Of a stretch of 64,000 nt of DNA, positions 50,848-60,289 are shown in pieces. A program made the position numbers and the translations under genes. Under the pieces are notes generated by a model. The model was given only the letters and a program-made list of their open reading frames with translations, was not told the origin of the DNA and ran no database searches. Origin of the DNA: Thermoplasmatota archaeon (GTDB lineage: Archaea; Thermoplasmatota; Penumbrarchaeia; Penumbrarchaeales; Penumbrarchaeaceae); assembly GCA_016928095.1 (NCBI GenBank), contig JAFGLL010000061.1, forward strand, positions 1,181 through 65,180, read 5' to 3'. Each line of letters begins with the position of its first letter. Positions within the stretch are counted from its first letter, which is position 1.

Positions 50848-51756
50848 TTGCATATGGCCATGAACTTGAAGGACAGGACCAGGGATGCCACCAAGGTGAC
50901 CTGGTTCGGTCTCATCATGAACCTGGTCCTGTCCGGATTCAAGATGCTGGCGGGGATCATCGGTCACAGCACTGCCATGATCGCCGACTCGGTACATTCC
51001 CTGTCGGACCTTGTGACAGACATCGTTGTTCTGGTAGGTATCAGGGCAGCATGCAAGCCCCAGGACGAGGGACATGATTACGGCCATGGCAAGATAGAGA
51101 CCCTTGCCACGCTCTTCATCGCTCTGGCGCTCTTGATGGTCGGGGCAGGGATCCTCCTAAGCGCCGGTTCTGCTATATACGATATGATCGAGGGAGATGA
51201 TATCGAGGTACCGGGTGTCATCGCACTGATCGCTGCAATGCTTTCTATCATCGTCAAGGAGGGATTGTTCTGGTATACGAGGTCCGTATCCAGGAGGACA
51301 GGGTCGAAGGCACTGATGGCGAACGCATGGCACCACAGGACGGATTCCCTTTCATCGATCGCGACATTTTTGGGTATAGGGTTTGCCATACTGCTGGGTG
51401 GAAAATGGGCCATCCTTGACCCGATAGCTGCGATCCTTGTCACACTGCTGATATTCTGGATAGCCATCAAGCTGGTCAGAGAAAGCCTTGACGAGCTCCT
51501 CGAGGCATCTCTTGACAGTGAGACGGAGGACAGGATCATTGCCATAGCTGCTTCGATCGATGGTATCGAGGACCCACACGATCTGAAGACACGTAGCCTC
51601 GGGAACCGGATCGCCATAGATATGCATATACGGATCGGAGCACAACTTCCGGTCAGGAGAGCACATGACCTATGTGTAGTGCTCGAGAATGCCCTGAAAA
51701 GAGAGTTCGGCCAGGACACTCTTGTCTACGTCCATATGGACCCTTATGAGCAGTAG
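50848..51756 (+). CDS. Cation diffusion facilitator (CDF) family divalent-metal efflux transporter
   Basis: 302 aa. Six TM helices and CDF signature segments (HSLSDLVTDIVVLVGI; WHHRTDSLSSIATFLGIGFAIL). C-terminal cytoplasmic domain. Confidence 0.8.
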   Translation: MHMAMNLKDRTRDATKVTWFGLIMNLVLSGFKMLAGIIGHSTAMIADSVHSLSDLVTDIVVLVGIRAACKPQDEGHDYGHGKIETLATLFIALALLMVGAGILLSAGSAIYDMIEGDDIEVPGVIALIAAMLSIIVKEGLFWYTRSVSRRTGSKALMANAWHHRTDSLSSIATFLGIGFAILLGGKWAILDPIAAILVTLLIFWIAIKLVRESLDELLEASLDSETEDRIIAIAASIDGIEDPHDLKTRSLGNRIAIDMHIRIGAQLPVRRAHDLCVVLENALKREFGQDTLVYVHMDPYEQ

Positions 51757-51799
51757 GTGTTCCAAAATACTTATCTGGCAGGTCCCTTCTGGGGGTGGG

Positions 51800-53023
51800 A
51801 TGAAGAGGTCCGATGTGGGTTTTGTGACCCTTATTGCGATCGTGATGGTGCTCGCCAGCACCCTGGTATACTTGCTTCTGGAAGACAAGCAGATGAGGGA
51901 ATACCCCTTTATCCCCGCAGATTCTTCGAACAGGTTCATCTTCCCTCAGGATATGGAGAAGAACGACACGCTGCTGGGATATCTATCGGATTCCGGAGAA
52001 TATCTGCTACACCATGTGGGCTCATCGGGAAAATGGGACTATGAATACGAGCCGTCGGAGGACCGGAACCTTCCCAGATACAACATCCTGAGGCATGCGG
52101 GAACCACCTATTCACTGGCGTTGATATTCAAGTACACCAGGGACCCCGATCATTACAACGGTACCGTGAGGACGCTGAACTATCTTCTTTCACATCACCT
52201 CCATTTCGATGACTGGAGCGGTACAGAGGTTGCATATATCGAGGAAAAGGGATTGGTCAAGCTCGGTGGTGCGGCCCTTGCGGTACTTGCCGTGGTCGAG
52301 GTCGAGGAGGTGGACCCCCTTGCCAGATACGAGCGGGAGCTTGATGCGCTTGGCGAGTTCCTCCTCGCGATGCAGCATGAGGATGGAAGCTTCCAGTGCT
52401 TTTACAAAGATATGGAGGACGAGCACTCCGACTACTATCCCGGAGAGGCCCTCCTTGCTCTGGCCAGGTTATATGACCATACAGGGAACGATAGATACCT
52501 GAGATCGCTATTAAAAGGGCTCGATAACTACAATCCTTATTTCGGTATACATTACACCGCTTACACGCCATGGGCAACGGAAGCGATGGTATATGCCTAT
52601 TCATGGACCAACGATACCTCGTACCTGGATCAATGCTACCAGATGGCCGAGAGCTGCAGGACAGGTCAAAACCTCCCGGGTCCCAACGTTCCGGAGACCC
52701 ATGTCGGAGGGTGGGGGTCCGACCCCGCCGCAAATTCCGCAAGCAGGGTGGAAGGGGTCGTGGATTCATACTTGCTTGCCAGAAGGACGAACGATACCGA
52801 GAGGATGGAGAGATACGATGGGACGATGGAGTATAGTGCAAGGTTCCTCATCAACCTCCAGTACGATGATGTTGAGGCGATGAGTTTCCCGAGACCGGAT
52901 AAGGTCAAGGGGGGGACACCTCTGAGCTACAATGAGGACAATATCAGGATAGACTATGTTCAGCACGCGGTCGTGGTCATGGCGAAGATCATGGTCTATC
53001 GGGAGGTCGACCTGAACATTTAG
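51800..53023 (+). CDS. Membrane-anchored (alpha/alpha)-toroid-like protein (six-hairpin glycosidase / epimerase-like fold; function unknown)
   Basis: The track ORF starts at 51722, overlapping the CDF gene. The likely start is MKRSDVGFVTLIAIVMVLASTLVYLL (TM anchor). The rest has a repetitive Y/W-rich helical-hairpin character (GEALLALARLYDHTGNDRYL; GVVDSYLLARRTND). Confidence 0.35.
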   Translation: MKRSDVGFVTLIAIVMVLASTLVYLLLEDKQMREYPFIPADSSNRFIFPQDMEKNDTLLGYLSDSGEYLLHHVGSSGKWDYEYEPSEDRNLPRYNILRHAGTTYSLALIFKYTRDPDHYNGTVRTLNYLLSHHLHFDDWSGTEVAYIEEKGLVKLGGAALAVLAVVEVEEVDPLARYERELDALGEFLLAMQHEDGSFQCFYKDMEDEHSDYYPGEALLALARLYDHTGNDRYLRSLLKGLDNYNPYFGIHYTAYTPWATEAMVYAYSWTNDTSYLDQCYQMAESCRTGQNLPGPNVPETHVGGWGSDPAANSASRVEGVVDSYLLARRTNDTERMERYDGTMEYSARFLINLQYDDVEAMSFPRPDKVKGGTPLSYNEDNIRIDYVQHAVVVMAKIMVYREVDLNI

Positions 53024-53095
53024 AATATTGTTTTTCTACCAAAATCCTAAAATACACCCCATCCATTACAAATATATGTTCCAGGAGAGATACTA

Positions 53096-53389
53096 ATGTA
53101 TGTCGGTGTAATATTTTACCAGTTTAAAAAAGAGAAGATCAAGGATGCGGTAAAGAACTGGGAATACCTTGTGTTGAACGAGGCAAAACGTCAGCAGGGT
53201 TTCATCAAGGCGGAGATATACGTGAACGAGGAAACGGGCGAGGGCCTCGACATCGGTTTCTGGGAAACGAAGGAAGACGCACAGAGGTTCCAGGATACAG
53301 GTCTTTTCGACCTGCTCGCGCGGGATCTGAAGGACCATCTGAGACATCCTCCGAGAAGGGAGCAGTTCAAGGTCGTAACCTCTCTATGA
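53096..53389 (+). CDS. ABM-domain (antibiotic biosynthesis monooxygenase-like / Dabb) protein
   Basis: 97 aa. Ferredoxin-like beta-alpha-beta pattern typical of ABM proteins (VGVIFYQFKKEKIKDAVKNWEYLV...GFWETKEDAQRF). Confidence 0.5.
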   Translation: MYVGVIFYQFKKEKIKDAVKNWEYLVLNEAKRQQGFIKAEIYVNEETGEGLDIGFWETKEDAQRFQDTGLFDLLARDLKDHLRHPPRREQFKVVTSL

Positions 53390-53420
53390 CCCCCTCCGGA
53401 ACAGATATGGGATTTTATTT

Positions 53421-54008
53421 TCAGGTGGCAAAGTTCTCCGGATGCTTCCCACGGATCGTCGAGTAGAAACCCATTATCTTCTTCATGTCCGACTCGTAAT
53501 CTCCGGAGGGGTTCAGGTGGCCGCCTATCCCGCCTTCCTTCTTTCCGTAGTCAAGGAATGTAAAAGCAATGGGCACTCCTGCCCCCACCGCGATATGATA
53601 GAACCCGCTCTTCCAGTTATCCACGCGTTTCCTTGTGCCCTCGGGTGCGTTTGCCAGGATGATCCTATCGTTATCCCTGAAATATCCTATGCACTGCTGC
53701 ACGGTGTCACCTTTTTTTGACCTGTCGATCGGAAGGCCGCCCAACCACTTGAAAAGAGGTCCGAAGGGTTTTCGGAACAGGGTATGTTTGCCCATCCAAT
53801 ATGCATTGAGGTCCAAAACGAATGCGATAGAGAGGAACATGGGGAAATCCCAGTTGGAGGTGTGAGGGGCTGCGATGGCGAAGAACTTGTCCGGCCTCTC
53901 GAACCGGTCCACGACCTTCCATCCCATGAACTTCAGGAATAAGCGGGATAGCAATTTGAATAGCGGTTTCAGGACCGGCGTATCGAAGACCGTATATTGC
54001 ATTGCCAC
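53421..54008 (-). CDS. 1-acyl-sn-glycerol-3-phosphate acyltransferase-like (PlsC/LPLAT family)
   Basis: 195 aa. HxxxxD catalytic motif (APHTSNWD), the PEGTR motif (ANAPEGTRK) and an N-terminal membrane-association segment. Confidence 0.65.
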   Translation of the reverse strand: MAMQYTVFDTPVLKPLFKLLSRLFLKFMGWKVVDRFERPDKFFAIAAPHTSNWDFPMFLSIAFVLDLNAYWMGKHTLFRKPFGPLFKWLGGLPIDRSKKGDTVQQCIGYFRDNDRIILANAPEGTRKRVDNWKSGFYHIAVGAGVPIAFTFLDYGKKEGGIGGHLNPSGDYESDMKKIMGFYSTIRGKHPENFAT

Positions 54009-54096
54009 AGCTCTTTTCTAAAAGCATCTAGCCATTACCTGGTCCTCTATACAAGGTTGCCGGAGGTTCAAGGGGTATTGCCATTTCTTTTGGAAC

Positions 54097-54945
54097 TCAG
54101 AACTTCCTCACAACATAGTCAAGGACCGATCGGAAGATGGCCCTGCCGTCCCCCTCCTCCGATCCGATCCTTCTTCTGTACCAATCCGGGTGTGTGTTCC
54201 TGAAGAAGACCCTCTCCGGATGGGGCATCATCCCGAACACCGTCCCGAGATCATTTGTGATCCCCGCTATGTTGAAACGGCTACCGTTTGGGTTGAATGG
54301 ATACTGTGCCGAGGTGTCTCCGGAGGGGTCGGAGAACTGGAAGACCACCCTGTCCTCATCGAAGAGACGGTGGTAGAGCGCGTCCTCTTTTTCCTGGCTT
54401 TCGTGCGGGAGCATGAACTTACCCTCCGCATGGGCACACGGAATGTAGCGTAGCTCACCCTTTTTCGATCCGGAGGTCCATACGCATTTACCCTCGTTAA
54501 CATGCTTCAGGACCGTCGGTCTGCATTCGAACCTTCCTGAATCGTTCGCATGGAGAACGGCCTGAGGTTGCGCGGCCATGGTGCAGTCGAAAGCTGGCAG
54601 GATGCCCAGTTCCACCATCAACTGGAAACCGTTGCAGAACCCCCCAATGGCCTTCCCTTCATCTATGAAACGGACAAGGTCCCCTGCGACGGAGGCCTTC
54701 AACCTGGCTGCAAAAATAGCTCCCGCCCTGATATAGTCCCCTGCGGAGAACCCTCCCGGGAACATCAGGATATGGAAATCCTGAAGCGATCGCCGCTCCC
54801 CGTCCAGGGTGTCCCTTCCCTCGAGCTGTTTCAGATGAACGAACTCCGGTGAGGCCCCCAGCCTTTTAAAAGCATCGTAGGTCTCCTGTTCGCAGTTGGT
54901 TCCTTCCATCCTGAGTATGCAGACCTTGATCTCATCGACCTTCAT
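54097..54945 (-). CDS. purQ: Phosphoribosylformylglycinamidine synthase subunit PurQ (glutaminase)
   Basis: Starts MKVDEIKVCILRMEGTNCEQETYDAFKRLG... with class I GATase motifs (GGFSAGDY; GFCNGFQ). Start chosen at the internal Met so it overlaps the purL stop by only 4 nt. Confidence 0.85.
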   Translation of the reverse strand: MKVDEIKVCILRMEGTNCEQETYDAFKRLGASPEFVHLKQLEGRDTLDGERRSLQDFHILMFPGGFSAGDYIRAGAIFAARLKASVAGDLVRFIDEGKAIGGFCNGFQLMVELGILPAFDCTMAAQPQAVLHANDSGRFECRPTVLKHVNEGKCVWTSGSKKGELRYIPCAHAEGKFMLPHESQEKEDALYHRLFDEDRVVFQFSDPSGDTSAQYPFNPNGSRFNIAGITNDLGTVFGMMPHPERVFFRNTHPDWYRRRIGSEEGDGRAIFRSVLDYVVRKF

Positions 54946-57332
54946 TCGGACCCCTCCAGGAGTTCGGTCAATCCCATCCTCCAAGCATGGTCCAGGATGT
55001 CCACAGGTATGTCCATCAGGACCTTCTCACGTTCGGTGATCCTGAGGTTCGCTCCTCCGGAGGTCCCGAGTTTGATATAAGGTACCTCTGAGCGGGAAAG
55101 CCCATCCTCCACCCGGGCAGCGTCCTGCGGTTGGACCTCGACCAGGTATCTGGAATTGCTCTCGGAGAAGAGTTTCACATCGGATCTCAAGGCCTTAGAT
55201 CCGTGAGAGATCAAATGGGTCCCTATCTCATGGATGTTGAGCTCTGCGCCCACATGCCCTCCGATGCACATCTCGGAGATGGCAACTCCCAGTCCACCTT
55301 CGGAAAGGTCATGGACGGAGTGGAGGAGGAATTCTCCATCCAGATTAAGAACGGCGTCCATGGTCCGTTTGGACATTTCAAGGTCCACATCGGGAACGCA
55401 GCTGCAGTTCACACCCATTTCCTGATAATAGGCGGACCCGCCCATCTCGTGGTAGGTCCGACCAATAAGGTATATGATATTGCCCGGGGTCTTGAGGTCC
55501 GAGGTGGTCGCATGGTTGATATCGTCCATCAGACCGATCATCATGATAGTGGGCGTGGGCGGCACTTTACTGATCCCTGACTCGTTGTAGAGTGAAACGT
55601 TACCGGATACCACGGGGATGGAAAAGGAGCTGGCGAATTTCCCGATGGCCTCGCACGACTGTTCGAAATCACCGAGCCTGTCCGGTCTTTCAGGGTTTCC
55701 GAAGTTCAGGCAGTCTGCCAGAGAATGGGGTCTGGCCCCCACAGAGACCAGGTTCCTTACGGATTCCTCCATGGCCGAGAGCGTTCCCCGGTACGGGTCG
55801 ATCTCGCAGAAATATGGGTTTACATCGGCCGTGATCGCCAGACCCCGGTCTGACCCCTCCAGGGGTTTGAGCACTGCTGCGTCCGAGGGTCCAGGGGTGA
55901 ACGGTTTACCGACAGCAGGTTTGATCACCGTCCTTCCTCTGACCTCATGGTCGTAGGTCCTGAAGACCCTCTCCCTTGAGCAGATGTTCGGAGATCCCAG
56001 GAGCCGAAGGATCGCAGCCTCGGTCCCGGACCTGTCCGGTTGCGGGAACGGAGCATCATCCACCCTCCTCTCGACGATCTTGGACCTGTATGTCCTGCAG
56101 TATTCCGGACCCGCCGTGAAGAAATCCAGGTCAAGGTCGAGAATTACGTCCTCCCCCCACAGTACCTTTACCCTCTTCCCCTCAACGACCTCACCGATGA
56201 CATTTGCCTCAACGTCCCACTTTTTGAAGATATGGAGGACCTCCTCTACGTTCTCCGGCCTGACAGAGACCATCATCCTCTCCTGCGATTCGCTTACCCA
56301 TATCTCCCAGGGGGAAAGTCCAGGCTCCTTCAGGGGTATCCTGTCGAGACGGATAACAGCCCCGAACCCCCCTGCAAGTGCCATCTCCCCCGATACGCAT
56401 GAGAGTCCTCCGCCTCCCAGGTCCTTCATGCCGCCTAGCAACCCTTTTTCGTTGATCTCCAGGCATGAATGGATCAGGGGCTCCTTTGTGATGGGGTCCC
56501 CCATCTGGACAGAACCTCTGTCCTTTTCCTCCGAGTCGGCGGTCAGGTCCGCCGAGGCGAATGTGACACCGTGTATGCCATCCCTCCCTGTCCTGCCCCC
56601 GGCAAGTATATAGATCTCTCCCGAGCCACCCACTCTGGAATGGATCATGTTCTCCTTCCGTCCGATACCGACACAACCCACGTTCACCAGCGGATTACCG
56701 GTATACCCCTGGTGGAAGTTCACCATTCCTGCGACCGTGGGGATACCTATCCTGTTCCCGTAGTCCCTTATTCCAGCCACCACCCCGTTGAATATGAACT
56801 TTGGATGGTTGACGCCCTCCTGTAGATCTTGGTAGCCAAGGTCAAGAGGTCCGAAGAATAGGGGGTCGATCACCGCGATCGGCTGTGCTCCCATGCAGAG
56901 GACATCTCTTATGATACCCCCGACACCTGTTGCGGCTCCTCCGTACGGACCGATCGCGGAGGGGTGGTTATGGGATTCCAGTCCGACAACGTATGCATGT
57001 TCGTCATCGAACTCCACGACCCCGGCATCCTCTCCCTTGATAAGAAAATAGTCCTGATGGATGCCCAGGAACGCTCTCTTCATGAAATATTTCGAGGATT
57101 TGTAGCAGCAATGTTCGGACCAGGCCTGTCCGAGAGCTTCGAGTTCGATATCGAAGGGTTCTCTTCCCTCCATCTTGAAGTGGTCCCGGACCCTCCTCAT
57201 CTCCTCCACGGATAGTCCTATGGATAACCGGTCAGAAATGGATCTCAGGACCTCGTCACTGGCGTTGATGACCAACACCCTCTTCACAGGAACGGGCAAA
57301 CCAAGGTCCTCAAATAGATGAGAGATATCCAT
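54942..57332 (-). CDS. purL: Phosphoribosylformylglycinamidine synthase subunit PurL
   Basis: 796 aa. FGAM synthetase II (AIR-synthase-related duplicated domains; HCCYKSS region near the N-terminus). Confidence 0.9.
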   Translation of the reverse strand: MDISHLFEDLGLPVPVKRVLVINASDEVLRSISDRLSIGLSVEEMRRVRDHFKMEGREPFDIELEALGQAWSEHCCYKSSKYFMKRAFLGIHQDYFLIKGEDAGVVEFDDEHAYVVGLESHNHPSAIGPYGGAATGVGGIIRDVLCMGAQPIAVIDPLFFGPLDLGYQDLQEGVNHPKFIFNGVVAGIRDYGNRIGIPTVAGMVNFHQGYTGNPLVNVGCVGIGRKENMIHSRVGGSGEIYILAGGRTGRDGIHGVTFASADLTADSEEKDRGSVQMGDPITKEPLIHSCLEINEKGLLGGMKDLGGGGLSCVSGEMALAGGFGAVIRLDRIPLKEPGLSPWEIWVSESQERMMVSVRPENVEEVLHIFKKWDVEANVIGEVVEGKRVKVLWGEDVILDLDLDFFTAGPEYCRTYRSKIVERRVDDAPFPQPDRSGTEAAILRLLGSPNICSRERVFRTYDHEVRGRTVIKPAVGKPFTPGPSDAAVLKPLEGSDRGLAITADVNPYFCEIDPYRGTLSAMEESVRNLVSVGARPHSLADCLNFGNPERPDRLGDFEQSCEAIGKFASSFSIPVVSGNVSLYNESGISKVPPTPTIMMIGLMDDINHATTSDLKTPGNIIYLIGRTYHEMGGSAYYQEMGVNCSCVPDVDLEMSKRTMDAVLNLDGEFLLHSVHDLSEGGLGVAISEMCIGGHVGAELNIHEIGTHLISHGSKALRSDVKLFSESNSRYLVEVQPQDAARVEDGLSRSEVPYIKLGTSGGANLRITEREKVLMDIPVDILDHAWRMGLTELLEGSE

Positions 57333-57341
57333 TCGTATCCC

Positions 57342-57584
57342 TCACAGGAACACTATCTCGTGGGTGTGGACCACCGGATTTATCAGCAACTTCCTGCACA
57401 TATCCTCGACCCTTTCCCTGGCCACGGCCTCGTTCGGAGCGGAGATCTCCATCCTGTAGACCTTCAGGTATTTCACGGAGGCTACCTCTTTAAAACCCAG
57501 AAGCTCAAGGGATTTATGGGTATTGGCCCCTTCAGGATCGCTGACACCTTTCTTCAGTCCCACCTTGACCTCGACGATGAACAT
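57342..57584 (-). CDS. purS: Phosphoribosylformylglycinamidine synthase subunit PurS
   Basis: 80 aa. MFIVEVKVGLKKGVSDPEGANTHKSLELLGFKEV... resembles PurS and sits 9 nt upstream of purL. Confidence 0.85.
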   Translation of the reverse strand: MFIVEVKVGLKKGVSDPEGANTHKSLELLGFKEVASVKYLKVYRMEISAPNEAVARERVEDMCRKLLINPVVHTHEIVFL

Positions 57585-57746
57585 GTCCTTTCACATCCTT
57601 GGAATGGGAAATGGTCATTCCCTTTAGGTGTATGGGTAGGGTACTTAAAACGTTATCCGGGGGTGACCAAAACAATCGCCTCTTCTCGTTGACCAAACAT
57701 TAAATATGCAAATCACCTTTCAAAATCTGGCCTACTCGGAGGCCAG

Positions 57747-59930
57747 TTGGCAAGTCTTCTCGGTGGTGTTATGTCCAGGGTAAGGAGGTCGACCTACAGG
57801 CAGCCCTTGACACCTAAGGGTATCGAGAGATTGGAGCAGGGAAAGCTCCAGTGGTTCGACCCGGAGATGTTCATGAACTTCAACACCGGGGCCCTCGAGC
57901 AATACCTTGACGAGAAGAACAGGATAGAGAGCTTTAAGATCCCCGCATGGGACTGGAAGAAGGTCATCATTGCGGTCCTTATAGGGGCACTTTTTGCAAT
58001 GGTGAACCAGTATGTCGGCCTGAAGGTGGGGATGGTCGTCGCCGGGTCATGGTATATGGTCTATCTGCTCGGGATGGCTGCAAGGTGGAACCCGCCCACC
58101 CTCAATATCGCAGCAACGGCAAGCAACGGTGCGGCCATGATCTGCACCGGTTTCGTTTTTACATTCCCCGCGATCTACATACTTGCCCTGGATCCCGCAG
58201 AGAAGGTGGACGGCAAGTTCCTCATCGAATACGGTTCGCTCAGCTCACTGATGCCCATCGCGATTATATCCGTCATGATAGCCGGTATCCTGGGGGTCAT
58301 GTACTTCATTATCTTTCGAAGGATATGGCTTGTGGAGGACCCTCTTCCGACCCCGGGTTTTGAGGCTATGGTAAAGCTTCTGGACCTGTCAAGGGCTTCC
58401 TCGGCGGAGGCGACAGCCCAGGCCAGGTCCTCCGTGAGGCAGGCCTTCGCTTGGATCGGGGGAACAGCGGCCTTCACGTTCTTTCGGGATTTTCCGCTCT
58501 TCGACTGGGCAGGGAAGTTCAAGCTCTTCAATTCCGATATGTCCATCATGGATTGGGTGGCAATGAAGATCGGACTTGGCAACATCTACTACGCAGGCAA
58601 CATCATGTTCACTCCCAGACCCCGTGCTTTCCTCATCGAGCTTACCTTGATACCCATACAGTTCGGGCTCGGGTGGTTCATGAAGGCCAAGACCGCTGGC
58701 CTGATATTCCTCGGGACCGCTTTCGCCTGGTTCGTTGTCGTACCCATTGCTGTCTGGACACATGCACCCTATTTCTGGGCCAACTCCGGAGAATTCATCG
58801 ATGTGGCCCTTATGGATATGTTCTTCGGGGTCAATTTGATGAACACGGTCTATGAGGGTATCCCGACATCTCCGGCCTTTGCGGCCTTTTCCATGGCCAG
58901 GGTGATGGCGATTGGATGCATCCTTGGAGGTGGGATGACAGCACTTATCAAGATGCTACCTGTCTTCAAAACGGTATTCACGGACCTGTTCGCCATGAGG
59001 AAAGAGAGCGGGGAAAATAAAGCGGTCTATATTAAGGGACAGGGCTGGTACGAATGGCCCTCTTCCCATATACTGCTGGTCGCCTTCGTGACATTCCTCT
59101 CCGTCTGGATCATATTCGTGTTCGGAGGATTCAATTTCGTTGCATCGGGGATATTCTCCCTTCTGCTTGTATTCTTGACCTTCCTACTTGGTGCGATCGC
59201 CGTGAAGGTGATGGGGGAAACAGGGACCGAACCCGTGTCTGCCACATCTTTCCTTGTCCTGCTTATACTCATGCTGGTCTTCTCCTTCGTCCTGCCCATA
59301 TTCGGCATCGACATGAGCCAGTCCCAGATCATCATCATGTCCCTTGCGGGGACAACCGTGTTCGGGGCCGCCATATCCATGTCAGGTGATGTGGTGATGA
59401 ACTTCAAGATAGGGCTCTATACGGGGAACCGACCCCAAGATCTGGTCAAGGCCTTGACCATCGGGATAATTCCCGGAGCGATCATCTCCGGGGTCTTTGC
59501 GGTCATATTCTCCATCGGCCTGGGGAACGGGACATTGAACCTTGCAGCCCCTCAAGCCCATGCTTTCACGATCTTTGTCAAGGGCATCATAGCCAATGCC
59601 ATACAGTGGAAGCTCTTCTTCGCCGGGGTCTTCGTGGGAGTGTTCCTGGAACTCCTGATAGGTATGGGAACGGCCTTTGGCCTTGGAATGTACCTGCCTC
59701 TCGGGATACAGATACCCATGCTTGGAGGGGGTATAGCAAGGGATGTCTGGGAGAAGAGATACCTGGAACCGGCCGCGAAGAGGAACAACTGGGGAGAGGA
59801 TATGAAGACCTTCAAGATAATGGGGACCTACATGATGGCCACCGGCCTCATGGTGGGGGAAGCGGTCCTGGGGACCATCGTCGCCCTCTGGATCGTGGTC
59901 CCCAACCTTGGTGAGGTTTTCGGGGGATGA
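57747..59930 (+). CDS. OPT-family oligopeptide transporter
   Basis: 727 aa polytopic membrane protein with many predicted TM helices, assigned to the OPT family by length and overall topology. Confidence 0.65.
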   Translation: MASLLGGVMSRVRRSTYRQPLTPKGIERLEQGKLQWFDPEMFMNFNTGALEQYLDEKNRIESFKIPAWDWKKVIIAVLIGALFAMVNQYVGLKVGMVVAGSWYMVYLLGMAARWNPPTLNIAATASNGAAMICTGFVFTFPAIYILALDPAEKVDGKFLIEYGSLSSLMPIAIISVMIAGILGVMYFIIFRRIWLVEDPLPTPGFEAMVKLLDLSRASSAEATAQARSSVRQAFAWIGGTAAFTFFRDFPLFDWAGKFKLFNSDMSIMDWVAMKIGLGNIYYAGNIMFTPRPRAFLIELTLIPIQFGLGWFMKAKTAGLIFLGTAFAWFVVVPIAVWTHAPYFWANSGEFIDVALMDMFFGVNLMNTVYEGIPTSPAFAAFSMARVMAIGCILGGGMTALIKMLPVFKTVFTDLFAMRKESGENKAVYIKGQGWYEWPSSHILLVAFVTFLSVWIIFVFGGFNFVASGIFSLLLVFLTFLLGAIAVKVMGETGTEPVSATSFLVLLILMLVFSFVLPIFGIDMSQSQIIIMSLAGTTVFGAAISMSGDVVMNFKIGLYTGNRPQDLVKALTIGIIPGAIISGVFAVIFSIGLGNGTLNLAAPQAHAFTIFVKGIIANAIQWKLFFAGVFVGVFLELLIGMGTAFGLGMYLPLGIQIPMLGGGIARDVWEKRYLEPAAKRNNWGEDMKTFKIMGTYMMATGLMVGEAVLGTIVALWIVVPNLGEVFGG

Positions 59931-59945
59931 TGAAGAAGGAGCAAC

Positions 59946-60251
59946 TCATTTCTTGTGCCTTTCTTTCCACCAGAGATCGGTCTCCATTCTCGCCGCCCAC
60001 CTCTTGACAATATCCTCCGGGACATCGAAGATATCCATCTCAAGGTCGTAAGCGAGCTTTCCGTCCATGACCATATCTTCAACGGCTTGCCGGACCATCT
60101 TTGCAAAGAGAGGGCCCTTGAACATCTCAGCGAGCATCATGGCCCGATCCCTTGTCCGCTCATCAGCTCCAGGGGGTATCCTGACCTCGATCCTTTCCTT
60201 GTGGTCATCCTGTCCTTCTGTCATGTTATTCGACATCCCTGCAAATATCAT
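59946..60251 (-). CDS. Small protein, possibly ribbon-helix-helix (CopG/Arc-like)
   Basis: 101 aa. ERIEVRIPPGADERTRDRAMMLAEMF matches the beta-strand-helix-helix RHH pattern. Confidence 0.3.
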   Translation of the reverse strand: MIFAGMSNNMTEGQDDHKERIEVRIPPGADERTRDRAMMLAEMFKGPLFAKMVRQAVEDMVMDGKLAYDLEMDIFDVPEDIVKRWAARMETDLWWKERHKK

Positions 60252-60289
60252 CGACAGATATATTATGTTAGGTCCTATTATTTCCGGAT

